From: Takakia lepidozioides
Taxonomy: Eukaryota > Plantae > Bryophyta
Length of the DNA stretch: 64,000 nt
Reading direction: 5' to 3'
Assembly: GCA_030704615.1 (NCBI GenBank)
Contig: CM060731.1
Location: forward strand, 35,526,001 to 35,590,000
Positions 49,310 through 62,770 of the stretch are shown here, one piece after another (within the stretch, counting starts at the first letter, position 1; each line of letters starts with the position of its first letter). The notes below the pieces were generated by a model. It ran no database searches. It had not been told where the DNA came from and saw nothing but the letters and a program-made list of their open reading frames with translations. A program made the position numbers and the translations under genes.

Positions 49310-49898
49310 GTGCATCGGTTGGTAATATGATCTTACCTACCCGGGTTGATATCAGGTAGGTGAGATCATACTTACTAACCCGGGCCCACTTTTTTCTTAG
49401 ACTAAAAATTGCCAAAAAGCTACAAAAAAAAAAAGGTGGGCCCGCGACACCCCTATTCAAAAAACAAACGGGGGCAAAAATAAAAAATATCGCCAAAACT
49501 GGGCAGGGCCCTGGCCAACTTGCCAGAAAGCACCATGGGAACCCACCTTTTTCGCCTGGGAACTGGGGAGCATGGCGCCCTAAATCCAAGGGCCGTCGCC
49601 CCATCGCACCAAGAGTTAGAGAGATTTTGCCACCTACACCTATCTCCACCGCGCGATCTCCAGCCAGTAGCCATATTGCAGCCATATATTGCCATATTAC
49701 ACCGTCCGATCGCCATATTGCACAATACTTTGCATACCTGTAGCCAGGTAGGATCCAGGTGGACATTGTACATGTCGCCACCGCTGCACTTAACCGCAAA
49801 ACATTTCGCCGCCTCCACGCCTAGGCAGAAATTGAAAAGAAAAAGGGCTGATTGATATCAATATTGATACCCAGGTTGGATATACCAGTCCAACACTG
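49310..49898. mobile_element. Probable hAT-family terminal fragment
   Basis: Ends in ataccagtccaacactg, which resembles the TIR atacccggccaacactg at 53911-53927. Repeated acc(c/a)gggttgatat and gccatattgc motifs. The partner TIR was not confirmed. Confidence 0.45.
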
Positions 49899-50002
49899 GT
49901 CGAGTCGCAATGGACTGCCACACTAATGGCAAAATGAATGAGATTAACAAGAAAACCCACATGTCTTTTGAGACACATAGGGCCCCATATACCATATTGA
50001 AT

Positions 50003-51777
50003 GGCAAGTAATAGAAGAGGGCCGGGAGTTTAATGCGCCTGGGCCCGTTAATCGTACGTGGCCCGCCGCCCACCCGCAGCCGCGCCCCCCTAAGTCTGGC
50101 GCCTCAGATCCGCGCGGTCACCGTTACGACGCCCATGTCGTGGTAGGCCCCACGCAGTCTAGAGTCTCTTTTTTTGTATAACTAACATTAAATTCAGATT
50201 ACTGATAATGTAGAAGCACGCAGCCCAGTGGTGCGATCGTTCCTTCCTGAAGCTATGGTTTCAGGGTCGCACTTCAACAGTTCTGCAACTGAGGCTTTTT
50301 GCGCTGCTACTTCAAAAAAATTCTAAGTCCTGAGTCGATGCCCATCGTCACGCATAGTCACACATGTATGGAAATACATGAGAAATATAGGGTTGTGGGC
50401 CCGGTCTCAGGTTGACATACTGTCAAATCTCATGTATTATGCAAATACATGAGAAATATATGGACATGCATGTTCCCGATAAGCTCCCAATCTTTGTAAT
50501 TTTGCTACTTCAAAAAAATTGTAAGTCCCTGCGAAAGTAGTTACATGGTGACTATACTTGGATGAAAATCTTTGAAAATAGTCATAAAGGAGAAAATGTA
50601 TGGTCAGGCATGAATACATGAGCTGTCTTCATGCACAAGTCTTGAATGGTATATATTATAATTATGTATGACAAGTATATCATACTTCAAACCATGTATT
50701 TCCATGCAGTATCAATACTTTATCTCTATGCATAAAAATCGTGAACTCACGGGTTCAATTTACAATGGATGAGATGGTGACTATGAATCTTCATATCTAT
50801 ACTAATATCATTCTTTTTATTTTCAATCGTTGCAAAGTCATACATGATTTGAATGCATTGTCATATCTATTAGCGTAGTCATACATACATGATGTCATGT
50901 CTCATTCATGCATATTTCTTGTGGCATATGTATGACAATGCATCAAACTTGTCATGTATTTTCATGCATTATTAAAACTCTATTTCTATGCATACAAGTC
51001 ATGAGGTCGTTGGTTCATATAACAATGAATGAGATGATGAGTATGAATCTTAATATCTCTACTAATAGAATTCTTCTATTCTTATTACTTGAAAAATAAA
51101 ATTGCATGTGTCATACATGGAATACGTGACATCTGGTATTATTTTCATGCACAATCACACATAAGAAATCAGTTGCATTGTCATACATACATACAGACAT
51201 ACGATGTGATGTGTGTCCATGCAAGACTTCTGTCTGAAGACAACTGATGTATTTCCATGCATGACCATTTATCTCTCATGTACGACTATGCAAGATGAAC
51301 ATTTAAACTTGGAACTTTTTTGAAGTTGCAAAATCAAACAAAAACTATTATATGACATCATACACTAATTGGTACCCGAACCTGAGACCCCACTTGCATG
51401 ACCATGTATTTCTCATGTATTTCCATACATGTATGACTATGCGTGAAGATGGGCATCGACTCAGGACTTAGAATTTTTTTGAAGTAGCAGTGCAAAAAGC
51501 CTCAGTAGCAGAACTGTTGAAGGTCGACTCTGGAACCTCCGCTTTCAGGTAGGAGCGATCGCCCCACTGGGCTGCGTGCTTCTACATTATCAGAACTCTG
51601 AATTTAATGTTAGTTATACAAAAAAAGGGACTCTAGACTGCATGGGGCCTACCACGACATGGCGTCGTCGCGGTGACCGCGCGGATCTGAGGCGCCAGAC
51701 TAGGGGGGCGCGGGCGGCGGGCCACGTATGCTGACCGGGCTGGTCATTAAACTCCCAGGCCTCTTCTATTACTTGCC
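50003..51777. mobile_element. Non-autonomous Mutator-like (MULE)/foldback element
   Basis: TIRs of about 380 bp starting GGCAAGTAATAGAAGAGG. 9-bp TSD atattgaat (49994-50002) / atattaaat (51778-51786). AT-rich non-coding interior. Confidence 0.92.
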
Positions 51778-52559
51778 ATATTAAATAGCCACCATCAAGT
51801 CCTCATGCATGGACACCTTATTCATTGTCAACCATGCAAAGATACGAACCTTGATCATTAGGATGCCACCCAGTGCCAAGTTTTTCTTTCTCAGCAAGAC
51901 AGAAGGCCACGTCGACAAGTTCTGGCTAAACCCTAATATATTTTAGCCAAAATGTCACATTTTTGTAGCCAAATAAATATATTGTTAATAATTAAATTAT
52001 TGAAGGGAAAAAGAAGAGTTAAATCCCAAAGGGTGCCATACAACAGTCAACCATGACCAGGAAGAAAAATGAAGCTTGGGAACAATTGCATGGTGGCTCT
52101 TGTTGGTCAAGGCTACTCAGAAATTAGATGGCTGGCAGAAAATATGGGTGCAAAATCTACAACCCTGGCAGGCATTTCTCACTCTTTACCTTCACACCCA
52201 AGTGCCTCAACCCCCCCTTTTTTTTTTCTTTTTTTTCTGTATCTTGACCATTCTCTTTTCTAACTGAGAGGAAGGTTTTCATCCAGGAATGGATGGATGG
52301 CCAATCAGGCTATCAATATTTCACAGATCCACTGTGGAGTTGCTTAGCATCCATCTAGGTTGATGCTAGTTGTTCTCGCATTGATACACTCCTTATAGGA
52401 GGACAGTTCCACCTTCACTGATTACGGTATGTGTGCCCGAATGGCGATTCAAGGGGGTTTTAATTTTTTTCCCCACAAATAATTATTATAAGAAAGTTTC
52501 AGGGCCACTGCCCTTTACCCTTTAAATAAAAAAAACTCAACCTAATATCTTCTACCACC

Positions 52560-54107
52560 AGCTGGTAGCTCAGTTGGATAGGGCACTGAGTGCCACCCAG
52601 GTGATTCTGGGTTCAAATCCTGCAACCTTGTCGGGTGTGGTATAATCCAGTGTTGGCCGGGTATCACATTTTGGGCATATTAAAGGGTCTGGTAAGGCAT
52701 ATTCATTTAAAGTGGTATGGAGGCATATAATATGTTGGTTCCAAAATTAAGTCGGTTATAGGTTATCAATAGAAAGGTCCCCCCAAAAAAGTGTCTCGGT
52801 TATCAATATGCCGGTTATCCAAGTGGAAGGTTATCAATATGCCGGTTATCCAAGTGGAAGACTACCGGGTCCTATATTACAGTCATCAATAATGGTTTTA
52901 TTTTTTTATTTTCTTAAAAAAGAGAAACACCTTGCTCACAAATTAGGCCCTGTGAGAGGAAAATTTGATTTTCAGCTATGATATATTCAGAGGTTATTTT
53001 TTCCTCTTGTATCTCTCCGACATTCATGTCCTTATTATAAAGCTTGAGGCCATATATATATATATAGATTTCAAGAGGACCAGAAAATAATAGTAATAAT
53101 AAAGAGACAAAACACAGATCAGAAACCTTAACGGAGGGATGAGAGAATTGATTGAAAAGATGTCAATGGCGGCATGATAGAGCAGACATGCATTCTTGCA
53201 TGGCGGCGAAATCAAATCAGTTGAAAGCATTTCTCTTGGACCCTGCACCTCCATTATCTAGAACCGCCTCTACGTCATACATGAAATCTGATTTCAACAG
53301 TGAGTCATTTGCCCCATTTGTTTTACCTTACACTAGAGAGAAAGACATGTATCATAAAAAAATAACCAAAAATTCGGACTGACAATGAGGACAATGTATT
53401 GTATATGTAATTTCTAATTACCTACATAACATCATCAGCTGATATTTCATCATCCATGTCATAAGCCTGTGATTCAGAGGCATACACATCCATGAAAGCC
53501 TCAACTCTACGCAACCTATCCACGGATTGTCCAGCAGTAGCTGCTCTTCGGTCAAACAACAGATCATTGGAAAGACCTACATCACGTTGCTGATGTATTG
53601 AATGCAAAGCTTGGGACTCGGCATACAAAGGTAGATAAAACGATGAAAGAGGACTTTGGGGTAGACTGATGGTCCGCACAATCCCATCACTGCATCACAC
53701 ATACATATATACTTATGTTAACAAATCAAATGGGAATGGTTTGCTTTGCAAATAATATAGAGATTGCAACAAAGGGAATGGAGGCGAGACATACGCCTCG
53801 ATGGCCTTTGCCCGTTCCCTTCCATAGCCGGGTCCCTGCGGGCTGCACTTTCCGGTTGTGCACGTATGCATAACCGGCAGATAATTGCCGGGTATGAATG
53901 TCTAAATGACATACCCGGCCAACACTGGTATAATCTTCTCCCCCTTCCCTTGGGCGGTGTCCCTAGAGCCTTGCGCTCGGCGCCTCATGGCGAGGTTACT
54001 ATGAAAGAGGTTATTTTCTCCTCTCACCACAATTATTAAGGGGCCTGCAGTGATTTGTGAGCGGTCGCCTGGGTATTTCCCTTAAAAAATAAATAAATAA
54101 ATAAAAG
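52560..54107 (+). mobile_element. tRNA-derived SINE copy 2, split by a hAT insertion (SINE parts 52560-52647 and 53936-54107)
   Basis: A box TAGCTCAGTTGG and B box GGTTCAAATCC. After the insert the body resumes (gcgaggttactatgaaagaggttattttctcc) and ends in (taaa)n. Confidence 0.85.
52648..53927. mobile_element. Non-autonomous hAT DNA transposon (1280 bp)
   Basis: Perfect 17-bp TIR CAGTGTTGGCCGGGTAT, perfect 8-bp TSD GTATAATC (52640-52647, 53928-53935), subterminal CGGTTAT repeats including a 31-bp tandem at 52798-52859. Confidence 0.93.
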
Positions 54108-54449
54108 TACCTCCTCCTGTCCTCACATTGGCCTAGATTTCTTCTAAATGTAAAAAATGAATATCTTCTTATCATCTTAATGAAAGAGCTAGAGTCTAGT
54201 ACAAATTTTACTAGGAGGGTGACCTAATAAGCCTACCAGCAAAGTCCACCAAGTCTGTCTGCACACAAGAGAGAAGTCTTCTCATCTCATCCACATCCGA
54301 TCATAAATCTGCTCTACTATCTACAACCTCGCTCGAGGAAGATTGGCGGACGACTATTGAGGCTAGCTAGCGTTAAGGCGAGCCGTAGGTTTCTTCAGAT
54401 TGAGATGTTTAAAAGTACTAATTATTAGGTTCGGAGTACCTTCGATTGA

Positions 54450-55600
54450 CTTATACATGTTGCATCTTTTCGCAATTCTTTCAAGCAATGGAAAGAGTGT
54501 TACTGTGTTAGAGCTAACTTACATCCCAAGAAAGCAAAAAAGGAGCATGTTTTTGAGTTGAAGACCAAGACCGAGAAACAAGTTGACAAAGTTGAGCAAG
54601 ACTTCTTCTTCTTCTTTGTGACTTTGACAACATAATTGCTTGGCCTGGTGGAAGTGGCCAAGAAATGACATGAATGAAATTGGAGAGCCTAGTACGATAG
54701 CACCACTCACTCATTGCGAACATAGTCTTTTTACAAGCACCCAACAGAAGAACAACATGTGCAAATTATGCACAAGTAGAAAATGAGGGAACATTGCGCA
54801 CCCTAGCTTTCAAGAAGCTTCAGTGTGTTGGAAGTAATCTTGAAGTAGTACAATATGTTTTCTTCATTGCTTGTTTTAATCCACCAAATTCGACTGCACA
54901 AAAAGAACGAGTCGCAGCAGGCAACTTGTACACTATTTTCGGAACTACTTCAGAGACCTTCAATGGCAGCAAAAAGTGGCAAAATACGTCAGTACCGGCG
55001 AAGACATGTTGATTAGATCTTGAAATGTGACGGATTGACATGCTTGTCTTTCCCCACTTCTGGCCGTCAACCTCGACAGTCCGCAGCCCTGCTTTAGATC
55101 TCATCGGACCTTCATTCCACCAAAAACACCCTGTGCGAAAGCTCCGCAGAAAGAATAGCATTGCTCTACGTTCTCTCTACGTCGCTAATAATCGTAGCAG
55201 GGCTGAATATCGTATCATCAGATACAATTCTATTACTTGATGTCTTGGTTGTCAACTTGATTCCGCTGTCGTCTGAAGTATAAATTCCTCCCAACAATCT
55301 CTCCGCGGAGAGAAATGCTTGGTTCATACACAACCGTGTTTGCTGCAAGCTTTGAATGCGAAGCTTCAAGATACATCATCGAAAAGGAGTAAATTATGAA
55401 ACGGTTTGTCACCAATCGTAATCCGTGATTGTGGTGCCGCTCCACACATCGTAGTAGAGGTGGTCATGTTTACATCCAATGGTAGATCGAAGCTCGTCTA
55501 TCAACCTACACCAGTTTGACGAGATCTGACCCACCCAGCCATCACATTCCAAAGCCAGTTGCAAACTTAGCTCCATAAGAATCCCCTGCTCCTCTGACTG
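54450..55600 (-). mobile_element. Degenerate hAT-like transposase remnant
   Basis: Fragments YYDVWS, GIYTSDDSG, PCY and KLPAATR occur in the order of hAT DGW / TDNA / CxxH / TR(W/F) motifs. Heavily disrupted. Confidence 0.35.
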
Positions 55601-56473
55601 GCTTTCCCCGGCAGCATATATTATATCTGGTTGCCTTCTAAAGAGACTCTAACTTAGAACAATCCTTCTTTCATGTGCAAACACTTACAGAAAGAAAGAG
55701 AAACTGCACATGTATCTGAAACTCAGCAACCTCAGCTTCTTTAGATTATGTTCATGAGAATTGTGTAGGGGCCCATTGTTGTGGCTGGTATGATGGATAA
55801 GTTAGCATGAATTCAGCACCTGGCATCACACCCCACACCCCTGCCATGATGATTGTCCACATACCTCCACCAAGCTACAAGAAAACTAGTATCTAGATGA
55901 CAGGCATGGGAGATAGGTGATCGCAAAGGCATCAGCGACAGAGTGGCTGCCATTCTACTCATAAACTTGGACGAATCTAGTCACTAATAACTAATAGGGT
56001 AATAACTAATAACCTCGCTCCTCCAGCCTCCTTATCCGGTTTACCGAAATAGCCAAAATTCCATTATGCTTGGACGGTTGAGATTACATTAGTGAAGGGT
56101 TCAGATTTGAGGAAGAACCTTACGTTAATCCGTGAGGTGCCTCGAGAGGAGGATGGGAATGTTATTACGTGCCACGTGTAGGTCTTGGTGAGCAATCTGG
56201 GACTCTTATGGGCCAAACTTCTCCAAATAAAAAATAAATTATGGATGTCGCCAGATATGGATGATATACGTGGATGAATGTGCAGAAGAGGATGATTCTA
56301 TCCAAATTGAAGTGGATGAACAGAATATATGGCTATTTCCTGCAAAACTAAGTAGCCACAAGTGTGCGTGTAGGCAGGCACCACATTGTTTGCAGGAGGC
56401 AGTCTGCAGGCCATGGCAATGGCTTGGCCTGTCGATCAGCGATGGAGGCATTCGGAGATCAACGCAGCGCCGG

Positions 56474-58901
56474 CTCTCAAACCCTGCATGTCGCATTTCG
56501 AATTTCGCAGAGCTGCCCTCAACACTTATGCTCAGGCATGCGCCTTTTAAATCCTTTTGCTTTTCAAGAAAACTGCACTGTCCATTATGTCATATCATTA
56601 TCAGTTCACTTGTGCACCATGAAGTTGAGTAAATGTTATACGTAGTCCACTGAAAGGTAGAGGGTCAAGTGTTTTTGGCATGTTCCCCACCCAACTTGTT
56701 AGTTGCAGGAGCCCTTGTTTGTAGGGTTGAGGCTGCTCATTGTAGAGTCCATAAGATGAGTGGACAGCTACTTGGTAACCATCATTAAGTCTGTATCAAC
56801 CAAATCTGCATAAACATGACAGCTATGATGTTGAAAAATCTTGTGAGCTGTAGTGGAAGTTTCTATAAGGCTGAGATTCATGGGAAATGGACAGTTATGT
56901 AGATTCTTTGTTTTTGTGCTAGGTTAACTGCCTGAAAATTGAAGTGATTAGTTGGTCTCTTCATGGGCCATAAGAATAAATTTCCATATGGTCCTTGAGA
57001 GTGGTCTGCTCCTATGTACTTGTCACTTCCGTATTGACAATCTTCTAGCAGTTGGCCACAGATGATTTGTACCCTTCTGGACACTGACCTGTTTTGTGAT
57101 CTCCAGGAGCCCTTTGGAGGTCTGGGAGTCAGAGCTGTATATGGCCACACACATGGGGGGGATTTGCGCACTCAGTCTGGACTGGGGCCAGAATACTTTG
57201 TGAAGGTGAAATGGGTAACAAATTGAGTCGCTTGCCTGTGTTTGTGGTTTGCCATGGCAACTCCTCAGCAATTATGCTGTTGCTTTGCAGGTAATAGAGG
57301 CAGATAGAAAGAGGAATAATGTTCACTAGAATGTTGTGTCTTATCCTTATCTGGTCACTGGCGAGGGTGAAGTTTTGTGTGGCTGTTAGAAACACCCACG
57401 GTCCAATGATAAGTGCCACATTCCCTGCATAACACTTCACAGGTTTGTGCAAAGACTGCCCCCTTACAGCTGGAAAGCACGTGCATGCCCACATTATCTG
57501 AAATGGATCCAAGCCAAATGTCTGTCTACAGAGCACCCTCGGCAACATGTATGCCAATTGTGGGAGTGTGGTGGATGCACACGAAGTGTTTGACAAAATG
57601 TGTGAATGAGATATGGTTACCTGGAGTATGACAATGAGGATATGCCAGACATCAGTGTGGTAAAGAAGAATGTGAGATCTATAAGCATAAGCGAAATGTG
57701 ATTCCTTTCAACGTGATGATTGCAGAATATGGCCAACATGGGTTTGGTAGGGATGCTTTCCAGTTCTATGAGCAAATGCAATGGGAAGGGGTGTTGCCCA
57801 ACAGGGTCACATTTGTTTGTGTTCTGAATGTGTGTGCTAGCCTAAGAGCGGTGGAAAAAGGCAAAGAAGTCCATGCTGACATTATCAAAGCTGGAAGATA
57901 TCATTCTGGATACTGCCCTTGTTGACATGTATGCCAAATGTGTAGAGAATGCACATGAGTATGCACAGGAAGCTCTCCATATGTATGGAAAAATGCAAGA
58001 GGAAGAGGTGGTGTCTGACAGGTCACTTTCATTGTGTTCTCAATCCATGTTAGGAGCCACAGAAAGATTACAAATTGGTCCATGTTGGCATCATTGAAAA
58101 TGAAATTCCGTTAGAGATCGTTCTGGAAACTGCCCTTGCGGACATGTATGCAAAATGCAGAAGTTTGGAGGATACACCAAGTATTCAACAATGTGGCTCA
58201 ACGAGATTTGGTCTCATGGAATGCTATAGGATATGGTTAGCATGGATGGTGTGAGGAAGCCCTCCAACTATTTGAACAAATGCAGTAGGAAGGCTTGAAG
58301 CTGGATGGTATCACATTTATATCTCCTCTTTTAATGTAGTTATGCAGGATTAGTGAAGAAGGCCATGACTACTTTGATTGTATGAGTCAAGATCATGGCC
58401 GAATTGCTACAGTAGAGCATTTTGGCTGCATGGTGGACTTATTGGTCCGCAGGATGATTAGATGAGGCTGAGGACTCCATTAACAAATGCTAATCAAACC
58501 AAGTGCTTCGGTGTGGGGGGACTTGGTGGTGTGGGGGGACTTGGTGCTTGCAGAATTTGTGGTAATGTGGTGCTAGCACAACGTGCAGCTGGTAGGTGGG
58601 AGGAACAAGCAATTGTGAGAAAAATAATGGAGGAGAGAGGTGTCAGAAAAGAGCCAGGGCGCAGCTGCATCGAGGTCAACAACCAGGTGCATACACGCAT
58701 ACATTGTAGAATTCAGGGGACCCATGCAGAGTCGACAATACTGTCAAGGGAAGAGAATAAATCCCCATCTTGGAAGTGTTGTAAGTGATTGGATCGGCAA
58801 AACAACTTTTTTCCCAACAATCTTTGATATAAACTTGGTGGCAATGTGGCAGTCACACTCGCTCTTGGTGATGTGGATAGGTGTGCCAGGAAGTATGCTG
58901 A
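56474..58901 (+). repeat. Local segmental duplication, copy 2
   Basis: Matches 44090-47651 with deletions and one inverted block (56787-56930). Confidence 0.9.
57460..58750 (+). pseudogene. PLS-E class PPR pseudogene, copy 2
   Basis: FNVMIAEYGQHGFGRDAFQFYEQMQWEGVLPNRVTFVCVLNVC, VEHFGCMVDLL, E-domain RGVRKEPGRSCIEVNNQVH; frameshifts. Confidence 0.88.
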
Positions 58902-59649
58902 ATCAATGACCAGTTTTTTTCACTGTGGAACCAAAATGAAAATTTCTTTCGCTCTAATACAACGCTTGTGACAGGTGCACATTGATGGGGTAAAGAACCT
59001 TTAGTGGTGGAGCACCTCAGTGCCTTTCAATAGACACAGCCTGGACAATCAATGGGTCTTTGGTAGCACATTATCTTGAATCACTACTTGATTACAATCT
59101 CCTATGCGCTTGATAGTGTAGATTTTGAAAATTAGTTTCATCTACATACTCACACTGACATCACTGATGTTGCTCTACCTGCAGCAAAAATTTCTTGCAG
59201 GGCACCTGCACAGCTAATGCTTGGTATATGTCGATGAAATGTTCCATTGTGTCATTTCAAATAATGAGAATAGAAAAGGAACTTGTATACATGGAACTTG
59301 AGGTGAAGTTAAACACAACCTTCAAACGTCCAATTCAAAAAGCAAATGTGAGGATGAAAGCAGCTGTAGAAGCAAGCGATCTATTGACAAGACATACCAA
59401 GAATGATTCAAAGCTGAGGGATAATCCTTACCCCAGTTCTATGCACATTGATTGCAGCTCAGTCCACATGATACACAAACTACAATGCTTAGGAACTCTT
59501 TTGGCCCTCACAATACACGTACAGAGCTACTCTTGGGTCAACCGAACAAGATTGAGCTCAATGCAGACAAAATCGGGAAAGGGACAGCACTTAAGACAAG
59601 CCCACGCACATTCCAAGGGCTCTCTGCAGCCCTCACTTCTCTGCAGCCC

Positions 59650-61104
59650 TCACTTCTTTGACCACTTCCAGAATACATTTGATCCACACTTCCCTTTGTC
59701 CTTTCCTTCGCATTCGATGTTGAGATCCTCAGATAAAAACTTCACCTCCTGCAGATGGAGGTCTAATATCGTATCAGCGAAAGACTTGAGGTTTAAAACC
59801 GGGCTTTCTGTTAGCATTTTGCTTGCAACGTAGATTCACATCCATTACAAAACAAAACATCCCGTCTTTGCCACTGATTCAAGAAACATTCAAGGATCCA
59901 GGAAACACAATCACCCGATGTACTTAGTTCCAAAAAAAAAGGTCTAAAGACAGTAATCAACAGCGAAAGCTGAAGGGACAGAAATTCGACAAACAGAACA
60001 GATTCTGTGCAGTGACTGCATTAGTGAGAGAAGAGACCTACCGTTTTCTTGGCAAGGTCCTCGCAGCCAGTGAAGTTCTCAGGGAATTTGCAGGTGCCAA
60101 AGGCCACAGTGTAAGCCCGGGCAGTGTTAGCACCACTGGTAGCCAACCTCTTCTTGTCATTCAGTTCCTAGAGTCCAACAAAGAGAGGAACAAACAGTTC
60201 AGGCTCGCTCATAGAATACCACAGGCATAACCGCAGCTGACACGACATGGACACTGATAAGCACCATCATTCGGACGTCTGATCCAAAAGCTACAGCGAC
60301 GACCTTCACTTCATGTGGCCAGTTTAAGAGACATGTGGATTGAAATTGTCACAGCCTCACAAATCCAATAATGTACTCAACATGACGGGTGGCAGTATTT
60401 TCTCCCTCCCATTTTCATGCCGAAGCTAAAGTGTGAAACCTTTCGCTACCTACTGAAACAATCAGCAAGGCCTGTCGTTCCATGTTTGGACACAGATCAT
60501 GTTTGCACCCTTTCCATGAATCGCACCCTCCCAGATCGGACAGGATAGGCTGAATGGCCCTGTATCTGTCTTCATTCAGGTCCAATCATCCTTCCTTATT
60601 ATCCCCACATCTTTCATGCACTCCAAGCGCAAAGTCAGGTGCAGGATCGTCTCGAGTCTCGACCACAAGACGACCTTATGAATTGTGGGTCCACCCATCG
60701 CACTTCGCTGCATATAGAGAGGAAGAAAGAAGCGCAAATAGCAGAACTAAATCTGGACCCTCCCAAAGAATAGAACGAAGCATGCGGAACTAATCAGACG
60801 AAAAACGCATTAGAAACTCATCTGCCCATACCTTGTTGGCAGCGCTCTGGGCCAGCAAGTCCTCGACGAGGCCAGCATTGGCGCTTCCAGCAACAGAGAA
60901 CACACTACCGGCAGCCACAACTGCAGCCAATTTCAGCAAATCCCTCCGCCCCTTAGTCTCCTGGTCGGCATTAGCCCTCACCACCAAAGTCTTGGGAGCT
61001 GAGAACACTGAAGCTTGGGAAGACGAAGCTCCAGACTTCAATTCCCTCAGTGACAAAGCAGCCGGGGTAGCAATGGCTGACCCAAGGAAAGATGTAGTAG
61101 CCAT
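59650..61104 (-). CDS. PsaN: Photosystem I reaction centre subunit N. Exons 61104-60832, 60167-60042, 59748-59650
   Basis: Bipartite transit peptide with Tat RR motif and ANA cleavage site. Mature part GLVEDLLAQSAANKELNDKKRLATSGAN..FGTCKFPENFTGCEDLAK..ECEGKDKGKCGSNVFWKW. Confidence 0.96.
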
Positions 61105-62770
61105 GGTCCACAAAACTACAACGCAGACAGATGGGTACTGACTTTGATAAGACCCGAGAGGTCGAGAGTGAAGATGGAAGTAAGTAGGCTACAAATGTAG
61201 AAGACGACACTTGGTATAACTTAGTAGGAAAAACCGGGGCAGACAGTGGTCCAAGTGTGGGTGCAGCAGCTCACAGGGCGTCTGCTGAAGATTTGCAGCG
61301 CCCAATCCTGTGCTTGGACTGCAGATATGGGATAATGTCTATCTTGTGGATATTGGGGCTCATTAAATGGCCCCATTGGTTTGTCTTGTGGGCGACTTTA
61401 CAGTAGGGATACCGTCCCTGGACAACTGTTTAGGCATTTTTGCGCCTAATAATAAAATCAATCAATCAGAAAATTAGGCATGTTTTGAAAACAATTTCTC
61501 AAATTAGGCATCTTCATGCTATAATTTTGTAGAATTAGGCACATGAGAAGAGAAAACATTTATTTTCTTAAGAATAAAATTACAAAATAGACAGGCCCTT
61601 CCAGACTCCAGCTACCTTTCATTTCCTTTGAAACCCTAAAAATGTCGCTCTTTGCTCCAAGGCTCAAGCTGGTACAGGCAAGCTCTCCCTTCGCTCTTAC
61701 ACTTTAGAATCCCACTGTTTTATGAAGGTGTTGTGCTTATATAGCTTGCTTGCAAGACAGCAGTAATGACGGTCCACTCATGTAACCCAGCTTTGAAACT
61801 GCAGACACACAGGGTCTACATTGCACAATTGTGCTTCTAAATGTGCTTCTCGTTTGTGCTGGAGAATGGTACTAATAAAACCTTTTGAGGCATCTTACGT
61901 GCAGGACCCAAATCTACAAAAGCATACCATGACAAGCTTCTGGAACACAAATGGGCATCAGTGGTATTTATGAGAACTTCACCAAAAACCGTTCCAAATG
62001 GCAGTTAAGTACCAGCCGGCAATATATATTCTCAGGAACTGTATATTACACCGAGGAGTGGTAGCCCTCTCTCTCAGGTGATCTGCAGGTTCTGTAGTAC
62101 CAGAAGCTGACCTGTAATTATATCACAAGATATATTTGCAAGGTTGTAATGGATTATCGGGAGGATCTCAGTACTCGAAAGCTGTGTTCTAAGGAGAGCA
62201 ATCAGAAAGCAGAGCTTCCTGTGTATGATGTTATTGTTATTCCATTGAATGCGAAAATAAACCCATTTCCCTACTGTAGTGATGCAGTACGGGAAGCCCA
62301 TTGTTGAGACGACAGTGTGAAGCCTTCAAAGCAGAAAGTAGCACATGTGACATTTCCCAATGCTCTAAGCACTGGTAACAAGCCCTTCCAAGAAGCACTG
62401 CACTAAGGATGCTAACAATCACGTCCCCAAGGAATGGCTCCCACTGCATCCTTGTTTTTCAGCATCACTGCACTCCTCACATAAGCAAGCATCATAACTG
62501 TTTTACACTGTCCACTGTCCAGAAAATCATATCCATCATGTGTTTTCAGGTTGAAGGCATCTGTGCATTGTCAAGTACTTCATTCCCTGCAACTGCACTG
62601 AAGGTAACCCCTGAACAGTCCTAAATGTCCTAAGTTCCCTGTGTGTGATGCAAATGGTACACACACAGGCATTTCAACAGCAAGACATGCAACCTTCTTG
62701 AGGGTTGAAAAAATGGAACAAGCGTATCTTTAAGGGGTAAACACTTTTTTCTCCTATGATCTTCAACTCT

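Noticed and set aside
52565-52630. Possible tRNA gene (also 9554-9629)
   Set aside because: No proper acceptor stem, and a shared non-tRNA body and tail follow; a SINE head is the better explanation.
52798-52859. 31-bp direct repeat resembling a CRISPR repeat
   Set aside because: Two abutting copies with no spacer, inside a hAT subterminal region of a eukaryote.
59195-59833. 212-aa ORF
   Set aside because: Antisense to the PsaN last exon and 3' UTR, non-ATG start, no recognisable motifs.
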